From the NCBI GenBank assembly GCA_028715345.1, contig JAQUSB010000007.1, forward strand, positions 2,287 through 66,286: DNA of 64,000 nucleotides. The letters run 5' to 3'. A program made the translations under genes and the position numbers. How positions within the stretch are numbered: the first letter of the stretch is position 1; every line of letters begins with the position of its first letter. Below the pieces are notes generated by a model. The model was not told where the DNA came from and made no database searches. It worked only from the letters and a program-made list of their open reading frames with translations. Origin of the DNA: Candidatus Omnitrophota bacterium. GTDB taxonomy: Bacteria > Omnitrophota > Gorgyraeia > 2-01-FULL-45-10. Below are positions 45,290 to 56,700 of this stretch, piece after piece.

Positions 45290-46302
45290 AAAAGCCCTTC
45301 CGTCTCGTCGAAACCGGCCATTATATTCATATTTTGTATTGCCTGTCCCGCCGCGCCTTTGGTCAGATTATCGATACACGAGATGACTATCAAAGTTTCA
45401 CCCGTTACCTTCAGGCCGATATCGCAGTAATTGGTGCAAACGACGTCTTTTATCTGCGGGAATTTACCCTCGTCCGAGATCCTGACGAACGGCTTTCCTT
45501 TATAGAAATCCTTATATATATCCAGAACGGCTTTAGTGTCGAGCTTCTTATTCAAACGCAAATATATCGTCGAGAGTATTCCGCGGTTCATCGGTATAAG
45601 GTGCGGGGTAAAAACTATATTGATCGCCCCGCCGGAAACCGCGGACAATATCTTATTTATCTCGGGTGAATGCTGGTGTTCGTTCACCTTATACGCCTTC
45701 AAATTCTCGTTCACTTCGCAGAAAGACAAAGCGCTGTCGGGTTTGCGCCCGGCGCCGCTCGTCCCGGATTTCGAATCCGCTATTATGTTCTTGGGGTCTA
45801 TGGCCTTTGCTTTAAGCGCAGGCGCAATGCCCAATATTACGCTCGTTGGGTAACAGCCGGGGTTGGCGATAAGTTTTGCCTTTTTTATATCGCTGTAATA
45901 AAGTTCCGGCAGGCCGTAAACTGCTTTGGAAAGATTCGCCTTATCTTTATGCTCCGCGCCGTACCACATCTTATAAACGTCCGGCGCCAGCCTGTAATCT
46001 GCGCTTATGTCTATGGCCGACTTTCCCGCCTTCATAAATACAGGGACGATATCCATCGCGGCTTTGTGCGGCAGGCCGAGAAAAACAAAGTCAACATTCT
46101 TAGCTATCGCTTCCGGGTCGATCTTTTTGCATACGAGGTCGATCCGGCCTTTGAACTCCGGGAATACCGCGGAAATAGGTTCATCTGTATCGGAAAAACG
46201 CGCGAGCTCGGTTATTTTAACGTCCTTGTGCCGTAAAAGTATCCGTATCGCTTCCTGGCCGGCATAACCTGTTGCGCCCAATATTCCAACTTTTATCATC
46301 AC
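45286..46302 (-). CDS. argC: N-acetyl-gamma-glutamyl-phosphate reductase
   Basis: GATGYAG Rossmann fold. Overlaps argJ by 4 nt. Confidence 0.85.
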   Translation of the reverse strand: MMIKVGILGATGYAGQEAIRILLRHKDVKITELARFSDTDEPISAVFPEFKGRIDLVCKKIDPEAIAKNVDFVFLGLPHKAAMDIVPVFMKAGKSAIDISADYRLAPDVYKMWYGAEHKDKANLSKAVYGLPELYYSDIKKAKLIANPGCYPTSVILGIAPALKAKAIDPKNIIADSKSGTSGAGRKPDSALSFCEVNENLKAYKVNEHQHSPEINKILSAVSGGAINIVFTPHLIPMNRGILSTIYLRLNKKLDTKAVLDIYKDFYKGKPFVRISDEGKFPQIKDVVCTNYCDIGLKVTGETLIVISCIDNLTKGAAGQAIQNMNIMAGFDETEGLL

Positions 46303-46347
46303 TCTCCCCCTGCAATTTTAAAACCTCGTCGGGAACATTAACTTATA

Positions 46348-46410
46348 GTAAAATAAAAAACCTATCGTGTCAACTAAATTCGCCGTCGGCGGAAGCCACG
46401 ATAGGTTTTT
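46348..46410 (-). terminator. intrinsic terminator after rpsI (stem AAACCTATCGTG/CACGATAGGTTT with a nested GC palindrome in the loop, then TTTTATTTT)
   Basis: Seen directly. Confidence 0.55.
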
Positions 46411-46432
46411 GAAACTCGTCGGAGATGTCTTT

Positions 46433-46828
46433 TTATCTCTTAGTGAACTGGAATCGCCTCCTGGCTCGCTTTCTGCCGTATTTTTTGCGCTCCCTGGCCC
46501 TGGAATCTCTTGTCAGGAACCCGGCTTTCTTGATGTCGGCTTTTAGGCCTGAATCCATCTTTACAAGCGCCCTGGCAATACCCTGTTTAACCGCGCCGGC
46601 CTGGCCGCTTAATCCGCCGCCGTTCGCGTTTATGAATATGTCCACCTTAGTTTCGAGCTTGGCCGTTTCGAGCGGCTGCATTATGACAAGCCTGTTGGAC
46701 TCCCTGGGGAAATAAGCATTGAAAGGCCTGCCGTTCACGGTGACCTTCCCTTCGCCTGTCATTAGCCTAACGCGCGCTATGGAATTTTTGCGCCGTCCGG
46801 TCGCTATATATTGAACTTTCTCTGCCAT
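46433..46828 (-). CDS. rpsI: 30S ribosomal protein S9
   Basis: MAEKVQYIATGRRK ... C-terminal KYGRKRARRRFQFTKR. Confidence 0.9.
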   Translation of the reverse strand: MAEKVQYIATGRRKNSIARVRLMTGEGKVTVNGRPFNAYFPRESNRLVIMQPLETAKLETKVDIFINANGGGLSGQAGAVKQGIARALVKMDSGLKADIKKAGFLTRDSRARERKKYGRKRARRRFQFTKR

Positions 46829-46843
46829 TATCCGTTCCTTTTA

Positions 46844-47275
46844 TTAGTCTATCTTTAGAATTTTAGGCTGCTGAGCCTGGTGCGGATGCACATCCCCGGG
46901 ATAAACCCTGAGTTTCTTCAGGAGTTTGGCTCCGAGCTTACTTTTCGGGAGCATACCGTGGACCGCGTGCCTTATGGCGCGTTCCGGGCTCTTCTTCATA
47001 ACGGTCGCCAGCGTTTCGCTGTTCAAGCCGCCCGGGTATGCGGAATACCGTAAATATTGCTTCTGCCCCAGCTTATTGCCGGTAGTCTTTATCAATTTAG
47101 CGTTTATAACGATCACTTCGTCGCCAGTATCCTGGTGGGGAGAATATATCACTTTATTCTTTCCCATGAGGATAGAAGCAACTTTGGCCGACAGCCTGCC
47201 GAGGACTTTATCCTTGGCATCTACCACGTGCCATGTCTTCTGAATATCTTTTTCTTTCGCAATGTAGGTTTTCAT
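46844..47275 (-). CDS. rplM: 50S ribosomal protein L13
   Basis: I place the start at MKTYIAKEKDIQKTWHVVDA (ATG 47275). The track's extra 21 N-terminal codons translate the terminator hairpin of the upstream giant gene. Confidence 0.85.
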   Translation of the reverse strand: MKTYIAKEKDIQKTWHVVDAKDKVLGRLSAKVASILMGKNKVIYSPHQDTGDEVIVINAKLIKTTGNKLGQKQYLRYSAYPGGLNSETLATVMKKSPERAIRHAVHGMLPKSKLGAKLLKKLRVYPGDVHPHQAQQPKILKID

Positions 47276-47280
47276 CGTTT

Positions 47281-47316
47281 TTCCCAAGTTAAGACAAAAA
47301 AATCGCCTCTTTATCA
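47281..47316 (-). terminator. intrinsic terminator of the giant gene (10-bp perfect stem AATCGCCTCT, 5-nt loop, then TTTTTTTGTC)
   Basis: Seen directly, 65 nt downstream of the stop at 47381. Confidence 0.75.
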
Positions 47317-47380
47317 GAGGCGATTTATAGTAACACACCTTACTGATATTGTCAACAGAATATAAAAAACTTTTTTCGGC

Positions 47381-50300
47381 TTATGCCGCCGTCCAGAATT
47401 CGCGCATTATGAGCTTCAGGCGCTCTATTGCGCTCGCGGTCAATTCCGAAAGCAGTCTTATGGCGCTCTTCGAGCAGAACTCTATCCTGTCAATGGTGTC
47501 CTGCGCCGTCTCATTCTCTTTCTCGGGCAATCTTTGTAATAGAACGTTGGCATCGCCTTTGTAGCAGCCCTTGAGAATATTCCTGAAAAACATGCCGATC
47601 CACGGATTTTTTTCATCCGATTCGTACAAACGCGCGCAGATAGCCCGCATGAACAGGCTGGACTGATAAAACGTCTTTTCCGCAGATCTCATATTATTAT
47701 AGCCCTCGGGAAGTTCAAAACCGAGATCCCGGACTTCTTTAAAAAGGGCCGGTTCTTCTTTCACCAGGGATCTCACTATATCCTTCGAGCGCTCTCCCGT
47801 AATGACAATTATTCTTTTTACATGGTCTTCGGGTTTGGCGGAACGGAGAAATTTTCTAAGCCCCTCTTTATCCTGGAACGCCTTACAACCCACGATATCG
47901 TCTCTGCCGATCTTTTTCCTTATATCCCTTAATGCGTCGGCCATCGTTTCCGTAGTGCCTACCTCATCCTGGAGCACCAGCGCCTCCACCCTGTCCTGAT
48001 GGAAAATATTGATCGTCTGCCAGATGTTGAATACATCCTTACGGCTTAAGGTCATACTTCCGGGGCCAAGATGCCTGCCTATCCGCGCTTTCACGATCTC
48101 TTCAGCGCCTTCCTTTATTTCGGTAATGAGCGGATGGCTTTCCAGCGCCTTCATGGCAGCGTCTCTTCTCTGCCAGAATTCATCCGAGCCGATACCGGTA
48201 GAGGTTGTGCCTGCCGATGCCAGAACAAGTTCAGGCTCGTTCTGCTCAACCGCCGGCGGTTGCACTTTATCATCACCTGGCGTAGCCGGCTCAATGCCGT
48301 TCTGCGCTTCAAGGTTTTGAGACGATCCTTCATCTGTAGACGCCAGGTCTTCCACCGCCCCTGTTCCGACGAGATCAGCCGGCGGCATGTATCTGTCATC
48401 GTAGCCTGCGCCGAATATGTCATCGAGCCTCGTCCAGTCCAGCATCGGTTCCTCTGCCTCTTCCTGCGCTCTTTGATATAAACTTCTGACTATAAAGATC
48501 ATGAAATCTACCCGCGGAGCCGCATCTTCTTCCGTAAGATATACTGACCGGGCATAACACGTTATAAGCGCCTGCCTCGCTTCTATTTTTTCGGAATCGG
48601 ATGTCTGAGGGTTTGTAAGCACTTGCATTTTTTCCAAGAAGAGAGACCTATTGCTTTGTATATCATATACCATGAATATGCCAAAAAGACGCAGGGCAAC
48701 GTCTCTTACCGTAACATTGGATGACGGTAACGCATAAAATAGCCCCACCGTGTTTTCTTTAAGCCATCCCATAAAATCACTTAAAGTCATGTCAGCAGGA
48801 ATTTCTACATTATCTCGCATCGAAGCAACAAACTCTTCTTCCGGGCTAAGGATAATGTTCACAGGCTGTATATCGGCTTCACGCTGTCCGCCTAATACCC
48901 CAGCCGGGAATATTATTTCACCGTCATCCGTTACTGTCACTTTAAACGCATCGCCTGTCACATAATGCGGAGTGGTATTTTCCCCGATAGTTACATAATA
49001 TTCGCCTTCTGTCGGCGTCGGACGGACCGTTATACTTTCTACCGGCACCCCTTTATCTTTGGCAACGGCTTTTTTGATATTGTCAAAAGGTGCGCCAGCC
49101 TCCGCCTTTTTCGCGTCCCGGGCTGTAACAGCCATAGCCGCGATCGCCGCGCCTATTCCTGCGCCGTCTTTGGCCTCGAAGACTTCGAGCTTCTGGACAT
49201 AAATACCTCCGAATATATCGGCCAGAGCTTCTTTCATCATTCTGATATATCCAGGATAATTTAAAAGCGGCCCGTCCACCGCATATGCGTATTCGCCGGT
49301 CGGTTGATAAGTTCCTTCTCTCTGCATAACGATACCTGCGAATGTAGCGGCACCCAGCCGAGCGGATCTTGACATGATATTATGCGCAATGGTCCTGACT
49401 TCCTTAACATCGTCATCGGTCGGGTCCTGTATCCCCATATCCGTAAAGTATTTCTTCAAACCATCCATATTTCCGGCCAGCCATAACGCCTCGATCTCGC
49501 TCATATTCCTGGCAGTGAAACCTTTATAACTATCCTTCTCATAATCGTGATCAGTGAAGGTAGCGGGCAGAGCGCCGTTATGATTAGCAAACAAATTATT
49601 TGCGCGAACCTCTTTTTCGAGCATGAGCCCGAACAGAGGCCCTACATATTTGCCGGAAAGCCTCTTTTCTAAAGGATGGACACCCGGATTCGAGGAAAGC
49701 CTGTCCACTTCGGCATCCAACCTCATCGCCTCAAGCTTAGCGCTACCTACTTCCAGAAGATTAAACGCTCCGGATTCCAGATTGACCGAATTTCCGTTCT
49801 CGTCAAGCATATCCGTATTATGGCCTGTGGCGAATACGCCTCCGGCGATCGTTCTGGGATTCAAAAACATGCCGTAGAGCTTCACTGTTTTTGTATCATT
49901 ACAGATTTTGACGATCTTAATGTTGATCTTATCGGTCTGCAGGCCTGCTTTCGCCAGAGCTTCATTCATAAGCGCCGCGACATCCTGCCCCATTATCCCG
50001 TCGAAATTGTAGCCTTTGACATTACACTCCGGCGTAATGGCATTTTCGCTTGTTCCTACTTTTTTCGTAGCGAAAGAAAATGTGAAGCCGGTGCTTAAAT
50101 CCCCCGACAGATTATATTTATCTGCGAAAAATCTTATCTTTTCCGCGATAAAGTCAAAGAGCTGTTTCCCCGCGCTTGCGCGTATTTCCTCCGGCACAGC
50201 GAAAGTAAGCTCGTGCTTTTTTTCGAGCGTATGGTTACCTTTAAATTCGACAAGACCTACGCGGAAATTTGTCCCTCCCAGGTCTAAAAATAGGGTCTCG

Positions 50301-53300
50301 CCCTTCTCGTCGCCCGTTAGCCTTTCTGTCTCCGTAACTATATTGGAGAGCGACGACTGATTTGTGCCGCGGAGCATAACGTCTCCCCTGAAATTCATCG
50401 CGATCTGTTTCAATGTAGTTACAGCTATCGCGAAAATGTTCGGCTTTACTCCGCCGAAGTTCGCGCGGTTCTCCGTAACTAACGCGATAAGCTCTTCCGC
50501 GCTTTTTTCCGCCGATTTTCTATCCCCGTTTATGAAGATTATCTCAAGAAATCGATCTACTATCGCGTTGAAAGCTTCAGCCTTTACTTGTTCCGACGCA
50601 TCAAGCCTTACATACATGCTTAATGCTTCTACCAAAACTGCATCCGCATTAGCCTCCTCGCCTATAGGTTTATTCGTGGCTATGCAAACGGCTTGCCTGA
50701 TCTTTCTCTCCGCGCCCTCGCGCATTTCGGCAGTTTCTAATTCGGTTATCTCGCGATTAAGCCTTGCTATATCGGCCCCCAGCTTCTCTTTTTCGGCTTC
50801 CGAGATAGAGGGCTCATCTTTACGGCCTGTCTGTTTTCTTATAAGTTCGGCCCTTTGAGCTCTTAGCTGGCTTATCCTGGCGCCGAGCGTTTTGGCGGGT
50901 TCGGCAGGCGCGCGGACAGCGGCATCGTTCGCCGGGGCTTTATCCGATAACGCAGCATTAAATGCGGTGAGTTGTCCGGTCAATCCGTCATCGGTTAATG
51001 CTTTTCTCACGGCCGCTATATTCGCTTCCTCACCCGGCAATTCCGCTACTTTAATATCTTTCGCGGCGGCAACCGGGTCGATTTTTGCAAGCTCGATAAT
51101 ATCGACTATCGCCTTCCCTCCGCCCATAGGAGGCCGTTGAGTGCCGGTAAATTCGTCTTTAGACTTATTTATTAATTCCCACGCTCTGGATATTCCATCC
51201 GCATATAAGCCCACTTCACCTATCTGTAAAAAGAGGCATCTGGCGATCTTATCGGCCAACTTCTCATCCGTGTCGATACCGCCCTTTAGCCTCGCGGCAA
51301 ACGCTTCGCGCACTGCCTGATTCTGATGCAGACTGTCGATAACAGCTTTCTCTCTGTCACTGAGCAATGCATAATAGGAAGCGGGATGGAAATCGACGGT
51401 TTTATTTGCCCCTTTATTATCAACGACTACTCTGTAATCGGGATTGCCGTCCAAAGCTGCCAATACTTGCTCAGGTCTCCATATAGCGGGGTCGATGTAA
51501 ACAGCGTCGGCGCCATAACTGCGGGAATGATCACGTAGTTTCCCGAGCAGCCTCTTCCATATCTCGGGATGATCCCATTGCAATTTAAGCAGCATATTCA
51601 TGGTATGCCTGCCGGGAGCACCGTTAAGCTCGGCCAGATTAAATATATTATTAATACCCAGCGCGGCAAGATCGCGCTTTACCCATTGCTCGTGGATAGG
51701 TAACACGATCGGCCGTGAAAATGCACTACTCTGAGGTATCTGAAAAGTACCTGCACGCAGGGTCAATTCCGGCCCTATATCTACGGAAGAATAGTAAAAT
51801 GCGGTATGCACAACTCCTAACGGACCGCTCCGGTTGACGGCAACGTCATATCGACCCAAAGGAATTTCCCGGATCGCGATAGTAACGTTGTGACTGAAAC
51901 CACGCAAGGCATACCAGCGCGAAGTCTTGCTGAATTTGTCATCCGATACCGAAACAAGCCGCGCAAGTCTTATGAACGAACTGACATCCGGCCCATCCCA
52001 CTCGCCTTTTTCCTCAAGCGCTTGTAGTCTCGCCTTCCATTCGCCCGAGGCGGCGCTCATAGCTTCTTCTCTCATTGCAGGCGTCGAACCTATCCCGCTT
52101 CTTTCGAATATGTCGCGGATCAGATCCCTCACCCTGAACTTTTTTAACTCAGGATATGTAAAGTACCGGAGTGTTGTTTCGCTAAATAAAGCGTCGGGCC
52201 GATTCATCACTAATACCGAAGAACTGCTACTTAATTCCCATATCTTGGATCTCGCATAATCTTGGAATTCGACGTTGATACCTAAGCCGGCAAACCATCT
52301 GCGCAATGATCCAAGATCAAGCTTAACCTCTACTTGATCCGCGGCATGCTGCGCGTAAGCGGCAAGTTCTTCTGCTAACGCCTGCCTTTCGGACGCGATA
52401 CGCTCGGCCGCGTATACTAATCCGGGCAGCCAATCCATGTTTTCCGCGCCAATACGCACTAACCCGCAATCAACGCTATAATAAATACGCTTCCTGACCT
52501 CTTCCGATACTACGCTCCCGGCGTTCACCCTTAAAACTTTTATACCCTTGTCGCTGACGTTGGTGCAGATCTCAAATATCTGCTCACCATTTCTCATATA
52601 TGTCAGGACATCGCCCTCTTTGATAGCATTTGCATCCAAGGGGTATGTTCTGGAGATCGAAAATAAATCGACCAGTAATTTCGTTAATGACGCGAAATCA
52701 TCCCGTACATCTTTAATGCGGGGCCGCAATTTTTCGGGCGTTTCTTTTGCGGTAATATCCGGTAAGAGCGGTAATCCCTCTAGTTCCCTCCCGACCGTAA
52801 GCATAATCTGCGCCGCCGCGGGATTGTTTATTTCGGTCTCCGTAAGAGATTTTCTTTGCCGCCTCGTTCCTTCCGCCAGGGTTTTAATTTTAGCGTGAAA
52901 TTCTTTTCTTGCCGATACTAATTCAGCGGCGCTTCTAGCGATCTCAGATAACCTATTTACATTTTCGCCGCTTATATTTACAAGCTGCCAGTTGTCAAAA
53001 TCATGCCGCTCCGCGTCCATCGAAATAATGTCTTCCGCGGTAATTTGTAATATCTTCAGCCGCCCATCCTGATCGGCCGCAAGGCAAATGCAAAACTCCC
53101 GCTTTTCGACCCTGCCGTTGGTTAAAATATCTCCTGCCCTGATAATAGAGTTCTCCGGGATCGGCTGAGATCGCCCTGAATAGAAAAGTACCCGATATAA
53201 ATATCTGACAAGCGGATCCCGCCTTTCCAACATTTCGGCAACCCAGCTCTTTAATTCATCGGGATCCACACCGCTATATTCTTCATATGAATTCGGCAAA

Positions 53301-53779
53301 AACGCTAATCCCGACAATGAGTTACCGAGAGCCGCCGCTATGCCGGCTATATCTGAAGCCTGCGTTATCTGCTTCATCAGCGTATCAAATTCAGCCAATT
53401 CAGGACTGCCTTCCGCGTACTCGCTCCTGAACGCACGATGCTTACTGCCATCCCTGTCTGCGGCGGAAACAAGATATATGATCGCTTCCCTGGGCGTAGG
53501 CCGTTTGCGTTCGAAATCGAGCAAACGATGATCCCCGGATACGACAATGGAAAAAGTGTAGCGGGGATCGCCGTTTAAAGCAGCTATTATATTCTCGGCT
53601 CTGAATAAATCCGGGACAAAACGAATTGCATCAACTCCCCTGTCAATATTTAGCACACTCAATGTCCCGATCAAATGATCCCATACGAGAGGATGATTAA
53701 GTTCGATACCCATGAGAGCGACAATAGCATCCGACTGTCTGTCGGATAGGAATATATATGATCGATGCCTGCCACCCAA
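47381..53779 (-). CDS. downstream ORF of a frameshift-split giant gene (2,132 aa), with an embedded hexokinase-family domain
   Basis: Track ORF; its start in this frame is a TTG. LFLDLGGTNFRVGL at 50250..50290 ... GFTFSFATKK ... IVKICNDTKTV, with a C-terminal lobe down to about 49.1 kb. Second copy of the SFIRLARL..SDD.FSKTSRWYA module at about 51.25-51.94 kb. Confidence 0.75.
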   Translation of the reverse strand: MGGRHRSYIFLSDRQSDAIVALMGIELNHPLVWDHLIGTLSVLNIDRGVDAIRFVPDLFRAENIIAALNGDPRYTFSIVVSGDHRLLDFERKRPTPREAIIYLVSAADRDGSKHRAFRSEYAEGSPELAEFDTLMKQITQASDIAGIAAALGNSLSGLAFLPNSYEEYSGVDPDELKSWVAEMLERRDPLVRYLYRVLFYSGRSQPIPENSIIRAGDILTNGRVEKREFCICLAADQDGRLKILQITAEDIISMDAERHDFDNWQLVNISGENVNRLSEIARSAAELVSARKEFHAKIKTLAEGTRRQRKSLTETEINNPAAAQIMLTVGRELEGLPLLPDITAKETPEKLRPRIKDVRDDFASLTKLLVDLFSISRTYPLDANAIKEGDVLTYMRNGEQIFEICTNVSDKGIKVLRVNAGSVVSEEVRKRIYYSVDCGLVRIGAENMDWLPGLVYAAERIASERQALAEELAAYAQHAADQVEVKLDLGSLRRWFAGLGINVEFQDYARSKIWELSSSSSVLVMNRPDALFSETTLRYFTYPELKKFRVRDLIRDIFERSGIGSTPAMREEAMSAASGEWKARLQALEEKGEWDGPDVSSFIRLARLVSVSDDKFSKTSRWYALRGFSHNVTIAIREIPLGRYDVAVNRSGPLGVVHTAFYYSSVDIGPELTLRAGTFQIPQSSAFSRPIVLPIHEQWVKRDLAALGINNIFNLAELNGAPGRHTMNMLLKLQWDHPEIWKRLLGKLRDHSRSYGADAVYIDPAIWRPEQVLAALDGNPDYRVVVDNKGANKTVDFHPASYYALLSDREKAVIDSLHQNQAVREAFAARLKGGIDTDEKLADKIARCLFLQIGEVGLYADGISRAWELINKSKDEFTGTQRPPMGGGKAIVDIIELAKIDPVAAAKDIKVAELPGEEANIAAVRKALTDDGLTGQLTAFNAALSDKAPANDAAVRAPAEPAKTLGARISQLRAQRAELIRKQTGRKDEPSISEAEKEKLGADIARLNREITELETAEMREGAERKIRQAVCIATNKPIGEEANADAVLVEALSMYVRLDASEQVKAEAFNAIVDRFLEIIFINGDRKSAEKSAEELIALVTENRANFGGVKPNIFAIAVTTLKQIAMNFRGDVMLRGTNQSSLSNIVTETERLTGDEKGETLFLDLGGTNFRVGLVEFKGNHTLEKKHELTFAVPEEIRASAGKQLFDFIAEKIRFFADKYNLSGDLSTGFTFSFATKKVGTSENAITPECNVKGYNFDGIMGQDVAALMNEALAKAGLQTDKINIKIVKICNDTKTVKLYGMFLNPRTIAGGVFATGHNTDMLDENGNSVNLESGAFNLLEVGSAKLEAMRLDAEVDRLSSNPGVHPLEKRLSGKYVGPLFGLMLEKEVRANNLFANHNGALPATFTDHDYEKDSYKGFTARNMSEIEALWLAGNMDGLKKYFTDMGIQDPTDDDVKEVRTIAHNIMSRSARLGAATFAGIVMQREGTYQPTGEYAYAVDGPLLNYPGYIRMMKEALADIFGGIYVQKLEVFEAKDGAGIGAAIAAMAVTARDAKKAEAGAPFDNIKKAVAKDKGVPVESITVRPTPTEGEYYVTIGENTTPHYVTGDAFKVTVTDDGEIIFPAGVLGGQREADIQPVNIILSPEEEFVASMRDNVEIPADMTLSDFMGWLKENTVGLFYALPSSNVTVRDVALRLFGIFMVYDIQSNRSLFLEKMQVLTNPQTSDSEKIEARQALITCYARSVYLTEEDAAPRVDFMIFIVRSLYQRAQEEAEEPMLDWTRLDDIFGAGYDDRYMPPADLVGTGAVEDLASTDEGSSQNLEAQNGIEPATPGDDKVQPPAVEQNEPELVLASAGTTSTGIGSDEFWQRRDAAMKALESHPLITEIKEGAEEIVKARIGRHLGPGSMTLSRKDVFNIWQTINIFHQDRVEALVLQDEVGTTETMADALRDIRKKIGRDDIVGCKAFQDKEGLRKFLRSAKPEDHVKRIIVITGERSKDIVRSLVKEEPALFKEVRDLGFELPEGYNNMRSAEKTFYQSSLFMRAICARLYESDEKNPWIGMFFRNILKGCYKGDANVLLQRLPEKENETAQDTIDRIEFCSKSAIRLLSELTASAIERLKLIMREFWTAA
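49080..50290 (-). other. hexokinase-family (ASKHA) sugar-kinase domain embedded in the giant protein
   Basis: LDLGGTNFRV is the canonical hexokinase phosphate-1 motif. GFTFSF and a VNDT-like (ICNDT) motif follow in the right order. Confidence 0.6.
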
Positions 53780-56700
53780 AGATCCTGCGCAACCAATTGC
53801 TCACGCATAGATAAGGTAGAGTTCTCATTGAAATAATCTGTATCGGAAAGTTGCGAAGCTCCTGCCTGGGCTTTGGCTAGTTCAGGTTCGATAGAATCTG
53901 CTTCGGCGTAAAATACAAAATCATACGGTCTTGCTACGCTATAACGCCCTACGCAAACCTGCTTATTATTGGTGACAGGTATATTTCTCACCGATATAAT
54001 TACGCAGCTATCGATACCGTCGAAAGCATACCAGCGCGAGGTCTTACTGAATGTATCGTCGGACACAGCTGTAAGCCGTGCAAGCCTTATAAAGGAAATG
54101 ACGTCTGCCGCTTCCCAGCGAGGCTTATTCTCAAGCTCAGCCAATTGCCTATGCGCCGACTCTGCCGCGGATACTTTATCACCTCTACGAACGTCTTCGG
54201 TCGTCTGCACTTCAGCTAAAAGATCCCGTGCTTCCTGTGTCAATTCTGACAAATGGTCAAGTTTGTCACCGCTTACATGTACCACTTTCGTTTCCCTGGG
54301 GCCATCGTAATTATGACGTTCTGCACCCATCGGAATGAGTTTATACTGACCGACGGCGACCACGCTTATATGCCCGCCGCTGACCTCGGTGCAAATGTGA
54401 AACTCCGGGCCTTCGTCCATATTTATTTCCAGAATATCTCCCTTATTGATAGGAGTTCCGCTATTAAGAGGAGATGATTTCGAAGACGAGAGTAATTTAT
54501 ATACTGAGCTTGTCAGCGAGACTCGCTCACCCTGGTCGTTGTCAGGAAAACGTGATAAGCCCTCTAATGCCTGCCCGAGGCCTATCGTCATCCGGGTTAT
54601 ATCCAGGTCTTCGCGAGCGGTTTCATCTATATTGTAATGCTTTAAAACATCTTTCCTGCTCACGCCTACGGTTTTCCACGGCGGAGTCGGAAGGTCGGTG
54701 TTTTTATCATCTTTTAAATATGTGTGCTTATTATTGCCGCTTATTCCGTAAACAGTCTTCTCTTCTTCGGTGCGTATCCAGTAATGGGATATCGCGCCGG
54801 CGTCGATCCAACGGGGCTCGATGATAACATTATCTATCTTAATGGCAAAATGGCGGACGCCGTTTACCTTTGCCAGGCGGTCGCGTTCCTCTAATATGGC
54901 TCTGAAATTCGCCAAAATAAACTCCAGGGTATCTTTATGATGATCGATGACCGCAGGGGTAATTCTTATCTCATCGATATTGTTAAGTTTATGCTTCGCC
55001 GCCCAAATCAGCTCGGACGGAAGCACGATATTTTCATTATTTCTATTGCGAATGCTGTAAGTACCGCTGCCTATTCTTGTGGCTATTTCGTAACCAGATT
55101 CCGACCTCATCGCAGCGGTTTTCAATGAAACATAGATAATACCCCATGCCTGATATCCCGGCTCGGCCATAAATTTACCCAGATTATCCGTCACTGTCTT
55201 GACATCACGCTCAGGGACACGGCGCAATATTTCGCTTCCGAAATTCGCCCCGCTCGCGCGGACGGAAGATATTAAAAGCATCGCCTGGTTAACCGGATCT
55301 GCTACTCCTAATCCCTGTAGACATTCGGCGATAAGCACTGCGGCATGGGCTTTCTCAGCGTCTTCTTTAGCAGTGACTAACCGTGCAATGCTGTTTAGAA
55401 GAACGGCGTCGAGTCTGTCCCCTCTCCACCCTGCATTCATGGCCCATTCGTCGACACCCTCTTTTATCCTATTCTGTCTCTGGGCAGTCAAACCGCTCCA
55501 ATAGCCGGCCTGATCCTCGTCGGCAACTGCCGTAACGGCACTTTCGACTGGCTTGCCTGTCCCGGCGAATCCGAAATCATTGGCAGTTCCAGATATATAC
55601 TTTAAAACCAAATCTACCGTTACTTTCTCGGACTTATTCGGGTCGAGCCCCAGCTCACGCAGACGGCCTTTTATAAGCAGCATGGCGGCATTTTTATCGT
55701 CATCTGTCTTGGCCTTTGTCAGCCTCGCTATATTATCCAAAAGGGTTGCGTCATACAGCCATGCTTTCTTTATATCACGGCACTCTTTAAGACTGGCCAC
55801 TATTTTATCATGCGCCCGTTTAGATAAAGACATCCAATATTTAAAGTCGTTCTGCCGTGCTCTGGGGCGTATACGCTCGTGCAGAATTTCTTCGAACATT
55901 TCAATCCGTTTATATAAAGGTATCCAATATTTAAAGTCGCTCTGCTGTGCTCTGATGCGCATACGCTCGCGTATAATTCTGTCGAGCATTTCAAGTTGGT
56001 CAATAGAGAAAACTCTCGGCCAGTTGGCAGATTCTCTAGTCATAGGTTCGAGGTAGGTTAAAAAAGTGCGAAGAAGTATGGCGCCGCTGGGATTTTCAAC
56101 AACCAATCTTTCTATTGCTCTTCTATCTTCCGCTCTGAGCGCTTCGCCCATCCTTTTCTCAAAGTCTGCCGTAAAAGCAGTGCCTTTTTTCGAAGCGCCT
56201 GATTCCACACTAGCAGTCAGTTTGGCTGGATCATCCACTCTAAATAACAAGCTGCCGTTAGGGCCCTTTTCGCTAAGCTCTCTTATTACCCTGTATCTTT
56301 TTTCCGGATGGAAGGCCAGATCCAGAAGATCCCTTCGCGCAGTCTGGAGAGCGGACTTCCTGTTTTCCGCCGGAGCATCGAATCTAAATTCCGGATGCTC
56401 TTTCACAAACTTCGCATATCCTTTATCGAGATAATCAGCTACGCTGAAAGGCTCGTTTTGTAATTCGGGTGTATGCGCAAGTACTATAAGCGCTGCCTCC
56501 GCGCTTTTGCCGGGGCGCGTACGCGGCTTGCCTGCCGACGGCTCGTCCAATATGATGCGCGTATGGCCCAATAATTTGAGCCGAAACTGGGTGTATCGCC
56601 ACTTTAAAACTATATATTCCGCATATGCGCGCGTTTTCGCTATTAATTTAAATGTCCTCTTTCCTTTATATATTCTTTCCCATGCCGCTAAAAACCTCCC

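Noticed and set aside
47276-47338. N-terminal extension of the rplM track ORF (MCYYKSPLIKRRFFCLNLGKT)
   Set aside because: It translates the terminator hairpin and T-tract. The L13 homology begins at MKTYIAKE.
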